Source of the DNA: an uncultured Collinsella sp.
GTDB taxonomy: Bacteria; Actinomycetota; Coriobacteriia; Coriobacteriales; Coriobacteriaceae
Assembly: GCA_902494545.1 (NCBI GenBank)
Contig: CABUTP010000001.1
Coordinates: 1 to 33,987 of the forward strand
Direction of reading: 5' to 3'
Length of the DNA stretch: 33,987 nt
The notes below the pieces were generated by a model, which was not told the DNA's origin, searched no databases, and saw only the letters and a list, made by a program, of their open reading frames with translations. The translations under genes were made by a program, and so were the position numbers. Below are positions 11,901-19,901 of the stretch, piece by piece. Position 1 is the first letter of the stretch. Every line of letters starts with the position of its first letter.

Positions 11901-14900
11901 CTCCCACCCCAGCGCGGGATCAGAATCGCCGTACGTCTTGGAGGCGTCCAAAGCGGAAACCGTGATCGCGAGCGGAGTGACCTCGAGTGTCACCTGGCCC
12001 TCAACCGCCGCGCCGTCGATCGTGACGCGATAGTCGACCGTCACACTGCCGGCATCCTTGATGCTGGGCGCAACGCTCGTCCAGCCGCCGTCAGCAGCCT
12101 TGTATTCAACGACGGAACCTTCGGGCAGCGCCGAGGCGTCGACAGAGTGGTCCTTGCCGTCATATTTGCCCGAATAGCCCTTAACAGCCAGGGCCGGAAT
12201 CTCTACCGCGCCCGACTCATGGCCGCACACGGAGCACTTCCCGTGCTTGGAGCCGGCCTCGCTAACCGTCGGCTGCTTGTCGATCGTCCATTCGTACGCA
12301 TGCTCAGCGTTCATCTTGATTTTGCGGGACTCCGCATTGCCGGCGGCATCCGTAGCCACGATTACGTGCTCGGCGCCAGCATCACCCTCGGCGGCCTTAA
12401 CCGTATACCTACCGTCCTTGCCAGCCTTGAGTTCCTTGCCGTTGTCAGTGACCGTTACCGTCTCGTCACGGTCATCGATCACGTCAAACGAGACGCTCTC
12501 GCAATAGGCAGCGCCATCCTCCAGGTCATAAATGACGGGCTTATAGGTATCCTTATAGGTATAACGTTCTTCATCCCATTTGCCGCTGCAAACCCTGCAG
12601 ACCTTTTGACGAACGCCATCGGCTTCGGGCGTGGCGGGCGTAACGATCTCGTATTTCCACCTGCAGGGCTGGCGCTCCAGCTCCTTCTTCTTGCAGTACT
12701 TGCAGACCTTAACGTGGCTACCTTCGCCATTCGGCTTCCAAGCTGCATTGTCGGCAACAGCATGGGGTCCCGGCTCGATCTTGACCTCAGCATCGGCCGA
12801 CGCATTGTGGTTGTTATCCTCGGCATAGCGGACGTAGTACGTTCCCGACTTCGCAAGACCGGTCAGCTTATCGTCAGACGTTATCTTCTGGTAATCCCCA
12901 CTCGACCCGCGACGATATTCCATCGCCTTGGTCACGCCCGAGATGGAACCGTCCTTGCTGCTGCACGTGGTCCAATTATTGCCCACGAGCCCAGCCGGCG
13001 CGTCCTGATCGGCCTTGGAAATCTTCACGGTCGCTTTGCCCGTAACGGTCAGGTAGTCAGAAGCCGTCACACGATAGGATGTCGTGTACTCGGCCGCATT
13101 GCGATAGGTCGGCTTTTTCGTCGTCCAATCGCCACCCTCTTCGCAGTACTCGATCTTCATATCCGCCGGCTGGGGGTCATTCTTGACGTTGACCGTAATG
13201 CCGTGCTCTTTGCCGTCATAGGCGCCCTCAAAGCCAGTGGCCTCAAGGTCAAAGCGCGAAACATCAACGATCTCCCACTTGAGCGTCAGAACACTTGTGG
13301 TGCCGCCATCGGTCGTGAAGTTGCCCTTACCGATGACAATGCACTCGTATTGCCCTGGCTCGGTCTGCTTCAGTCCGGATTCACTTCGAGCGCTGAGCTC
13401 GTAATCCTTGCCCTCAACGAGATCGACCCACTCACCGGCACCGTTTTTGAACTTTGCACTTTCGACGACAGGCTGATGCTCCTTGCCGTCATAGGCATAC
13501 TTGCCCGCGCCCTTGCCGCCGTCTTTAAGGGTGAACCGGTAGGATTGACCCCTAACCAGGCGACGCGGCGAAATCTCAAAGGCCTTCTTGCCCTCGAGCG
13601 TCTGACCAGAGGCAGTCTTAAAGCTCGTGACGACATAGTAGTAGCCAGCGTCCGCCGGAGCATCCTTGAGCTTGGTGCCGTTTTTATATGCCTCGGCGTC
13701 CGCCTGGGACTTGCACTGATACCACGTGAATTCATCGCTGGCCGTCACGCCCATCTGCTCTAGATTCCACGCGCCGTCCTTATTCAAAGCAATCTTTACC
13801 GGGCAACCGTCATAGACAAGTTCGGTGCTCTGAGAGCTCGTTGCCTTGGACATGGAGAGCTCATACGTGGCCCTCAGGTACTTTTTGGGCTCACCGCTCT
13901 CGTCCTTGCCATATTCGCACTCGCTGTTGCGGAACGGGCCCACGCACGAAGCGCGAACGCCCAAACCGTCAGCCTCAACGTTCCACTTGTGCTGGTGGAT
14001 GGTCTCGCGGAAGGTGAGGTCGCCGTTAAGGTTCACGACCTCGTACTTGTCGGAGTTGTCGTCGTTCTCGGACGAGCCGTCTGGCACAACGCCTTCGATC
14101 TTGTTGGATTCGCAGGTGCCAAGGACACGCGACTTTACGCCATTACTGTCCGCAGTCTCCTCAATCGAGATCCAAACATTGTCTCCAAAGCCTCCGCGTA
14201 CGGAGAAGTCAGACGCGATATTCAGCGCCGGGACGTTGGCATCGACACTCTTTTTCTTCGGGACATACAGGCTCTTGGCGGTTCCCGTAGCTTTATCAGC
14301 TTCAGTGTACTTGTCGCCATAATTAGTATCGCCGGCGTGACTGTTCTTCCAGTAGCTCGCGATTTCCGGCGATCCGTTGAGGGTAAGGGTTCCGGCGGCG
14401 TATACCACGCATGTATTGCCGCGTGCGCCATAGCGTTCAATCGTGCCACCGTTTATGTTGCAGCGAGCGCTTCGTGCAACATTAAGGGCATCGACTGTCA
14501 AAGTGTTGTCGGCCGAGCTCGAACGCGTGCTGTGGAAGTTGCTCATGGTGCAGCTGTTGAGGTTGACCGTAGCGTTGGTGACGCCCATCACGCCTGCAAC
14601 GGCGCACTTTCCAGTCTCCTGAACCTGTGCGAACTCAGTGGTCTCTTCGACCGTCGGATATTTATTATTGGTCTGCCAAATGCCGCTGTCGGCATCGGAA
14701 CCAAACCGGCAGTTCTCGAACGTCGCAGTCAGCCTCGAAGCGACGTCCGAATTCACGCCACCACGGGGATTGCCCACAATTGAAACTGCACCGTTGTAGT
14801 CGCCAGACGTATTCCAGAACGCACAGTCAGTAAACGTAGCGTTGAGCTTATTAATATTCCCCTTGCCGTCATCGGAGAAGCTGCTGCGGAACAGGCGGAC

Positions 14901-15617
14901 CGGCACAGCATATTCAAGAATACTGTATGGGGAAACCTCGCCCAAAGAGTTGTGCGACTTGCCAGCATAGTCCCTAATCATCAGCTTACTGAAATTTGCA
15001 GACAGCTTTCCCTTGGTATTGCCCAGGGAAATCGCAGGTACCTTTTGCTCGTACTTGCTGCCATACGAGAGAATGAAGTTCTGCGAGCCGTCGCCAACCC
15101 CCAGGCCAACCGAGATGTCGCCCGATGCCTTTTTGTAGCCACCGCTGTAATAGCGGTCGGTCAAAAAGCCGCTTACGGACTCAAATTGCTTTTGGTTTCT
15201 ATGGAAGCTGACGCACGGATTGTTGACACCGATGAACTCGATATTGCTACCCTGTTTGATGTTGAACAGCCATCGAGTTTGCTCAACCCGCCAGTTAGTC
15301 TTATCGTTCACGTAGACCGTGCCATCGATGTAGATCCTCACAGGATTAATCCGAGATGCATCCGGCGCGTCGATGGTGTAACCCGAAGATGGCGTGACCT
15401 CACCCTCAGCCGTCTTAAGTACGTAACTGCCCGGCTCGGTGATTTGGACGGGTTCGTTGTTGGCCTGTGTAAGCGGCAGCACCTCCGCCCTCACCCCGTC
15501 GGGCATAACCTGCGTCTCGGCGTTTGCCACGGCCGGCGTCGCCACGAGCGCGCATGCCACGGTTGCGATACCCAGCAGACGCGTCAACGCAGCGCGCATC
15601 CCCATCTTCTTCCTCAT
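8967..15617 (-). CDS. Large sortase-anchored cell-surface protein (2216 aa), adhesin-like, with MBG-like beta-grasp repeats and Cys/His-rich modules
   Basis: Signal peptide ending AVANA|ET. C-terminal LPESG motif, hydrophobic helix and KRRA tail. Repeated YDG..H and ASKTYG..DP motifs. P/T-rich linker before the anchor. Confidence 0.88.
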   Translation of the reverse strand: MRKKMGMRAALTRLLGIATVACALVATPAVANAETQVMPDGVRAEVLPLTQANNEPVQITEPGSYVLKTAEGEVTPSSGYTIDAPDASRINPVRIYIDGTVYVNDKTNWRVEQTRWLFNIKQGSNIEFIGVNNPCVSFHRNQKQFESVSGFLTDRYYSGGYKKASGDISVGLGVGDGSQNFILSYGSKYEQKVPAISLGNTKGKLSANFSKLMIRDYAGKSHNSLGEVSPYSILEYAVPVRLFRSSFSDDGKGNINKLNATFTDCAFWNTSGDYNGAVSIVGNPRGGVNSDVASRLTATFENCRFGSDADSGIWQTNNKYPTVEETTEFAQVQETGKCAVAGVMGVTNATVNLNSCTMSNFHSTRSSSADNTLTVDALNVARSARCNINGGTIERYGARGNTCVVYAAGTLTLNGSPEIASYWKNSHAGDTNYGDKYTEADKATGTAKSLYVPKKKSVDANVPALNIASDFSVRGGFGDNVWISIEETADSNGVKSRVLGTCESNKIEGVVPDGSSENDDNSDKYEVVNLNGDLTFRETIHQHKWNVEADGLGVRASCVGPFRNSECEYGKDESGEPKKYLRATYELSMSKATSSQSTELVYDGCPVKIALNKDGAWNLEQMGVTASDEFTWYQCKSQADAEAYKNGTKLKDAPADAGYYYVVTSFKTASGQTLEGKKAFEISPRRLVRGQSYRFTLKDGGKGAGKYAYDGKEHQPVVESAKFKNGAGEWVDLVEGKDYELSARSESGLKQTEPGQYECIVIGKGNFTTDGGTTSVLTLKWEIVDVSRFDLEATGFEGAYDGKEHGITVNVKNDPQPADMKIEYCEEGGDWTTKKPTYRNAAEYTTSYRVTASDYLTVTGKATVKISKADQDAPAGLVGNNWTTCSSKDGSISGVTKAMEYRRGSSGDYQKITSDDKLTGLAKSGTYYVRYAEDNNHNASADAEVKIEPGPHAVADNAAWKPNGEGSHVKVCKYCKKKELERQPCRWKYEIVTPATPEADGVRQKVCRVCSGKWDEERYTYKDTYKPVIYDLEDGAAYCESVSFDVIDDRDETVTVTDNGKELKAGKDGRYTVKAAEGDAGAEHVIVATDAAGNAESRKIKMNAEHAYEWTIDKQPTVSEAGSKHGKCSVCGHESGAVEIPALAVKGYSGKYDGKDHSVDASALPEGSVVEYKAADGGWTSVAPSIKDAGSVTVDYRVTIDGAAVEGQVTLEVTPLAITVSALDASKTYGDSDPALGWEVTKGKLVKDESLQGITVSREVGEAVRKDGYAVTAAQSEGANPNYKITFKDGTFTIGKRELAVTWDTTTEFTYDGEEHCPQAKLHNVVGDDNLSAYVDGAKVKAGTYTAKITELTGDDAGNYKLPAEGLTCEFSIKKAPQGAPKVQATAETVSGKSDGKITGVDAMMEWRAKDSGEYRGVPEGVTEIADCAVGTYEVRYRADSDHDASSATEVTVNAGGKLVVTLPAKQVGYTIMASPDELDWHGSTTLTVSIESGYFADNDSYAVKVNNAVVAPDARGEFTVQNAESDLVVTVEGVRKHEAVNDEWLSDDSTHWHKCACGDKIDEAKHDFEWVVVKAPTATEKGSKQQKCKVCGHKLAEVEIPAAAIVGYSDEYDGDYHTVDATSLPEGATAQYSTDGKNWSPEAPKIRDVGKLVVAYQVTIDGATAEGEVTLEVKPRAITVAADASSKTYGEADPVFTWDVTSGKLVAGETLQGIEIDREDSDNVRDGGYALQLTQPEGANPNYNITFVDGVFTINQRVLTVKWGTTEFVYDGEEHCPEATLGNVIGKDELGATVVGSQVEAGDSYQATLTALTGKAAGNYALPTEGLTCDFSIKNAAQGAPVVQAAAETVSGKRDGKITGVDATMEWRAKGADEYQAVDEGTAELTGLAAGTYEVRYQAKANYDASSATEVTVAAGPKLIVTLPSNQVGYALSSTATELDCHGTATLTMSIDSAYFAGKDYAVKVDGKAVELSDAGTFELKDVECDVNVTVEGVLKHEPDGSGWAHDAKNHWHICRCGEALDKAEHTFEWVVDRPATTEAKGEWHQKCIACGERGKTEAIPAPEIIDGKGQTMVIDAAKDLSFRSSAPIEFFQKVLVDDKEVTAENYVLTEGSTIVTLKTSFLKTLGVGEHRLSVVSTTGTAETTFTVAEAAKPTPTPDSSQTTTTTTTTSSKSKKKASKETLPESGDSAYVMAGAVLAAGVAALLLAWAMKRRA
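9431..12303 (-). repeat. Intragenic tandem duplication: two full ~460-aa units plus a partial third
   Basis: The anchor CCGGAATC recurs at 9431, 10811 and 12194 (offsets 1380 and 1383 nt). The protein units share AQGAP.VQA.AETVSGK.DGKITGVDA.MEWRAK and HWH.C.CG. Confidence 0.9.
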
Positions 15618-15755
15618 CGTTCAGCTCCCTTACCCCTATGCTTTCGCGATGTCCGATATCACTTGGCGCGGCCGGCATGGTCCCTCGCCAGCCGCCAGCT
15701 CAAATTGACATATATATTCACCTGGTATTGTGCAACCACATGTTTTGACACCCTG

Positions 15756-15789
15756 CCGCTCGGCGCGAGTTGCGTACCGTGGGGCGCAA
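15756..15789 (-). promoter_or_regulatory. Candidate LytTR-binding direct repeats upstream of the surface protein gene
   Basis: Minus strand TTGCGCCCCACGG and TCGCGCCGAGCGG, spaced exactly 21 bp apart, ending 23 bp upstream of a -10-like CACAAT (15727-15732). Confidence 0.45.
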
Positions 15790-15856
15790 ACGGAACGCAC
15801 CCCCGCGGGTGGCGCGTGCACGATGTGGCAAAATCGAGGTACTAAGGGGGCCCAAT

Positions 15857-16579
15857 ATGCTCAGAATCATCGCCTGCGACGACGACGTCGCCTTTCTAGA
15901 TAACCTGCACCGCATGATCAACCGCTGGTCTGCCGAGACGGGTACGGCGGTCGATGTTGCACTCGTTACGCGCGGCGAGGACCTGCTGGCACGCCATGCC
16001 GCATCGCGCGCCGACATTATCATGCTCGACATGATCATGCCGCTCGTCAACGGCATGGACACCGCCCGCGAGCTGCGCCAATCCGATACCGCCGTGCGCT
16101 TGGTGTTTCTGACCTCATCGCCCGAGTTCGCGCTTGAGTCCTACGAGGTCCGCGCCTTCGACTACCTGCTCAAACCCGTGACCTACGAGCGCGTGGCGCA
16201 ACTGCTCGACGAGCTGTCGAGCCTACGTCCGGCAACGATTGACGAACTCGTCATCAAGACGTCCTTTGGCTACCATGCCCTGCGCCTATCCGATATCGAA
16301 TATGCCGAGGCTCGCAACAAGCACGTGGTCTTCCACCTGCGCGATGGCCGCGATATCGAGGCGCTCGAGCCGTTCCGCAGCATCGAGGACCGGCTGGCCC
16401 AAAACGCGACCTTCTTTAAGTGCCACCGCAGCTACCAGGTCAATCTGCGCAACATCGACCACTTCAATCGCACGGAAATCGTCATGCGCTCGGGCGCGTG
16501 CATACCGCTCGCGCGCAGCTGCAAGCAGGGATTCCAAGACGCCTACTTTGCGGTGCGGTTCGAGGGCGGGAGACGCTGA
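15857..16579 (+). CDS. LytTR-family response regulator (AgrA/VirR-like)
   Basis: Receiver domain (IIACDDD, MLDMIMP..NGMD, YLLKP) plus LytTR domain (IEYAE, FFKCHRSYQVNL). RBS AAGGGGG before ATG 15857. Confidence 0.92.
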   Translation: MLRIIACDDDVAFLDNLHRMINRWSAETGTAVDVALVTRGEDLLARHAASRADIIMLDMIMPLVNGMDTARELRQSDTAVRLVFLTSSPEFALESYEVRAFDYLLKPVTYERVAQLLDELSSLRPATIDELVIKTSFGYHALRLSDIEYAEARNKHVVFHLRDGRDIEALEPFRSIEDRLAQNATFFKCHRSYQVNLRNIDHFNRTEIVMRSGACIPLARSCKQGFQDAYFAVRFEGGRR

Positions 16580-17856
16580 TGCTTTCCTCGGCAGAACTGG
16601 TACTTTGGGCAATCCACCATGCGACGACGTTGCTCTTTGGCGTCTTTGCCTCGGCGGCGCTGTGCGGTGTCGAGATCAACGGCCGCCATTCGCTCGAGCT
16701 GGTGGGGGTCGGCGCCGTAACCGGATGTGCATTCGGCCTCGCCAATGCCGTCGGCGGCGAGCTTTTCGCCCGACAGGCCTATCCGCTCGTCGTGCATCTG
16801 CCGCTTGTCGTCTACCTGTGCGTACGCTATCGCCTGAGTCCGCTGCTCGCCATCCTGGGCGTTACCAGTGCCTACCTGAGCTGCCAGTTTAGCAACTGGA
16901 TGGGCATCGCCGCATTCGCCGCCACCGATTCGCAGGTCGCGTACTACGCGGCGCGCATCATCACCACGCTCGGCGTCTTTGCGATCCTGCTGCATTGGGC
17001 CAGAGACATCGGTCCGCGCCTGGCGATCAAAAGCCCCACCGAGCTGGAGATTCTGCTCATCCTGCCACTCGTCTACTACATCTTCGACTACGCCACCAAC
17101 GTCTATACCACGCTCTTCCACTCGGGCTCGGTGGTAACCGTTGAGTTTTTGGCGTTCGCCCTCTGTGCCTTCTACCTTATGTTTCTTGCCGTCTACCTGC
17201 GCGAATACGAGGCAAAGGAAATCGCCGAGCGCGAGCGCTGGATGCTCGCGACCCGCGACAGCGCGGCCATCAAAGAGCTCGAAGCCTGGCGCCAGTCCGG
17301 ACGCGAGCTCTCGGTTCTCCGTCACGACATGCGCCACTACCTGCGCGGTCTAGCGGCCCTGATCGAAGAGGGTCACACCGATGAGGCGCTCGAGCGCATC
17401 GACGCGCTCTGCGAGACCAACGACCGCACCGCCGTGCGCCGCTACTGCGCCAACGAAACGGTCAACATTGCGCTCTCGTCGCTTTCCGCGGACATCAACG
17501 CGCACGGCATCACCGCCGTGCTGCGCGCCGCCGTGCCCGAAACCGTCCACGTGGGCGATGTCGATCTGTTCAGTGTGGTATCGAACGCCCTGGACAATGC
17601 CATCGCCGCGGCGAGCGCCGCCCCCGAAGGCAAGCGATTTGTCGACCTGGACCTTCGCTACGAAGACGGTCAGCTTCTATTGCTGGTTTCCAACACGTTT
17701 GGCCGTGCGCCGCACATGGTCGACGGCATGCCCGTGGCTCAGCACACTGGGCACGGCTTTGGCACCAAGAGCATTAAGCTTGCCGTCGAGCGCATGAACG
17801 GCAACTGCCAGTTCCGCATTAATGGCGACCGGTTTGAGCTGCGCGCCGTGATGTAG
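16579..17856 (+). CDS. Membrane sensor histidine kinase, GHKL type (AgrC/VirS-like)
   Basis: TGATG overlap with the regulator gene. Several N-terminal transmembrane segments, H-box LRHDMRH, N-box NALDNAI and G-box GHGFG. Confidence 0.9.
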   Translation: MLSSAELVLWAIHHATTLLFGVFASAALCGVEINGRHSLELVGVGAVTGCAFGLANAVGGELFARQAYPLVVHLPLVVYLCVRYRLSPLLAILGVTSAYLSCQFSNWMGIAAFAATDSQVAYYAARIITTLGVFAILLHWARDIGPRLAIKSPTELEILLILPLVYYIFDYATNVYTTLFHSGSVVTVEFLAFALCAFYLMFLAVYLREYEAKEIAERERWMLATRDSAAIKELEAWRQSGRELSVLRHDMRHYLRGLAALIEEGHTDEALERIDALCETNDRTAVRRYCANETVNIALSSLSADINAHGITAVLRAAVPETVHVGDVDLFSVVSNALDNAIAAASAAPEGKRFVDLDLRYEDGQLLLLVSNTFGRAPHMVDGMPVAQHTGHGFGTKSIKLAVERMNGNCQFRINGDRFELRAVM

Positions 17857-17874
17857 GGGCTGCCGCCAGCCTCG

Positions 17875-18450
17875 CTACAGCGGTGCAGCTGCCGGGGTCA
17901 GCTGCTTAATGTAGGCCCACATGCGCTGCTTGGCGGCCTTGTCGGTGAGCGCCGCCTCAAAACCGTCGAGTGCCAGCACGCGGCGCCCCTGCACATGGGC
18001 GACCAGGCCGGGCTTGAGCATGGCGGTGTCAAAGTCATCAATTGCCACAAGCATATCGGCATAGGTCTCGCGCATGACATCGGCCGCGCTGTTGTCCAGC
18101 AGCAGCACCGCCTCGGGGTCCAAGGTCTCCAGCGCCTCGCGGAACAGGTCGCACGTCAGGGCCTCGCCCGGCGCGACCGCTCCGTCGCCCGCGCCGGCGA
18201 CGCTCGCCAGCACGCAAAAATCCTCGGGGGCATATCCGATGGCGCCGAGCGCCTTGCGCAACGCGGCGCCATCCGCGCCGGCAGCCAGCTCGCCGCCCGA
18301 GCACTCGGCTTCGTCCAAATCGCCTTTGACCAGCACAATCGGCGAGCACGCGTTGCCCGCGATACGCACGCCGCGGCCCGCGAGCGATGCGAGCTCCTGC
18401 TCGGTCGCCCGAGCGATGGCTTCTTTTTTCTGGCTTTGTGACGTGGGCAT
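17875..18450 (-). CDS. Hypothetical protein resembling a degenerate family-4 uracil-DNA glycosylase fold
   Basis: GGAGAG RBS before ATG 18450. GNACSPIVLVKG...AGADGAALRKALGAIGY..EDF...E.LDPEAVLLL parallels the family-4 UDG layout but lacks the GEAPG motif. Confidence 0.6.
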   Translation of the reverse strand: MPTSQSQKKEAIARATEQELASLAGRGVRIAGNACSPIVLVKGDLDEAECSGGELAAGADGAALRKALGAIGYAPEDFCVLASVAGAGDGAVAPGEALTCDLFREALETLDPEAVLLLDNSAADVMRETYADMLVAIDDFDTAMLKPGLVAHVQGRRVLALDGFEAALTDKAAKQRMWAYIKQLTPAAAPL

Positions 18451-18586
18451 GCGCTCTCCAATCATTTGCGTGCCCACCATTATATAAAAGAGCCGCCTGC
18501 GAGTGGTTGCTTTACGAGCCGCTGGGTATAAGCACGGTCGTACTGAGTTTTACGCGGCCGAGCCGCGTCACATTATGGAGGTCACC

Positions 18587-18907
18587 ATGGCTGACATCAA
18601 GCAGATTACCCCCGAGAATTTCGACGCTGTCGTCAACGATAGCCTGCCCGTACTGGTTGATTTTTGGGCCCCATGGTGCGGCCCCTGCCGCTCGCTCTCG
18701 CCCATCGTAGACGAGGTTGCCGACGAGCTGGCCGGCAAGATTGCCGTGGCCAAGTGCAACGTCGATGACAACCAGGACCTGGCCATGAAGTTTGGCGTCA
18801 TGAGCATCCCCACGCTGATCGTCTTTAAGAACGGCGAGGAAGTCGACCGCTCTGTCGGCGCCTTACCCAAGGCAAGACTTCAGGCACTGCTGGAGAAGCA
18901 TCTGTAA
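18587..18907 (+). CDS. trxA: Thioredoxin
   Basis: VLVDFWAPWCGPC and SIPTL motifs. GGAGG RBS before ATG 18587. Confidence 0.96.
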   Translation: MADIKQITPENFDAVVNDSLPVLVDFWAPWCGPCRSLSPIVDEVADELAGKIAVAKCNVDDNQDLAMKFGVMSIPTLIVFKNGEEVDRSVGALPKARLQALLEKHL

Positions 18908-19127
18908 TACGCTTGTTACCTGTCTGCCGTCCATGAGCGGTTTCGCACCGCTCGCCGGAGTGCCAAACGCAAGGCATGCGACCACGGATAGTATGGTAGA
19001 CACAAACAGCCCCCAGTGAACGGGTGCGAGTCAGACGGACTCGCGCCCGTTTTCTTATGCGGCGGCGCCCAAGGCGGGCGTAGTAGAATCTGAACCACCA
19101 TTTCGCCCCGTACAAAAGGAGATTCCC

Positions 19128-19376
19128 ATGCATGACGTCGGAATGAACATGAGCCAGCTTGCCATGAGCGTCAAGCAGGTCGACGACACCATTGAGCTCG
19201 CTCACGAGTGGAGCCATCAGCTGCTGCATGCGACCGAGAACTTTGACATGGAGCGCATTGGCGCCAAACTCGAGGCCGCCATGTCTGCGCTGCACGAGGC
19301 GCACGATGCGCTCGAGGGCTACGAGGAGGCCATCGAGGCAGATCACAACTCCGTCGGCTCCGTGAAACTGGTGTAA
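19128..19376 (+). CDS. Small His/Glu-rich helical hypothetical protein, first gene of the nikR-hypF unit
   Basis: Strong RBS AAAGGAG, host-like codon usage, and a stop codon 1 bp before nikR. Confidence 0.75.
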   Translation: MHDVGMNMSQLAMSVKQVDDTIELAHEWSHQLLHATENFDMERIGAKLEAAMSALHEAHDALEGYEEAIEADHNSVGSVKLV

Positions 19377-19377
19377 C

Positions 19378-19872
19378 GTGGCCGAGCACGAGCACGCGCA
19401 CGATCACGGTGCGGACGACGATGCGAGCTGCCGCTGCAGCGGCTCCAACTCCGAGCTGGTCCGCTTTTCGGTCACCGCGCCCGACGACCTGCTGCGCCGC
19501 TTTGACGAGCAGATCGCGCGCCGCGGTGACGTGGCCAACCGTTCCGAGGCCGTACGTGATCTGATTCGCGCCTCGATCGCCAAGGAGCAGATGCGCACGC
19601 CCGACGAGCAGGTCATCGGTTCGCTCACCATGATCTATGACCACCATACCGGCGATCTGACGCGCCGTCTGGACGAGGTGCAGCACGACTACACCGACGA
19701 GATTGTCTCGACCATGCACGTGCATCTGGACCACCACAACTGCCTGGAGATTCTGGCGCTCAAGGGTCGCGGCGAGCGTGTCTACGAGCTGGCGGACCGG
19801 TTGCTGGGGCTGCGCGGCGTTAAGCACGGCGAGCTCACCTGCGCCGCCACCAAGCAAAGCCTGGGGCTCTAA
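19378..19872 (+). CDS. nikR: Nickel-responsive regulator NikR
   Basis: Ribbon-helix-helix RFSV..PDDLL..FD...NRSEAVRDLIR. Nickel site motifs YDHH, QHD and HVHLDHHNCLE. Confidence 0.95.
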   Translation: MAEHEHAHDHGADDDASCRCSGSNSELVRFSVTAPDDLLRRFDEQIARRGDVANRSEAVRDLIRASIAKEQMRTPDEQVIGSLTMIYDHHTGDLTRRLDEVQHDYTDEIVSTMHVHLDHHNCLEILALKGRGERVYELADRLLGLRGVKHGELTCAATKQSLGL

Positions 19873-19901
19873 CAGCACACACTTCAATGAAGGGGAGCCA
19901 C

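Noticed and set aside
9480..13763. 562-aa and 863-aa plus-strand ORFs inside the surface protein gene
   Set aside because: Antisense shadows of the real CDS.
16420..16578. Upstream start for the histidine kinase
   Set aside because: It would overlap the regulator by 160 nt. The TGATG coupling supports 16579.
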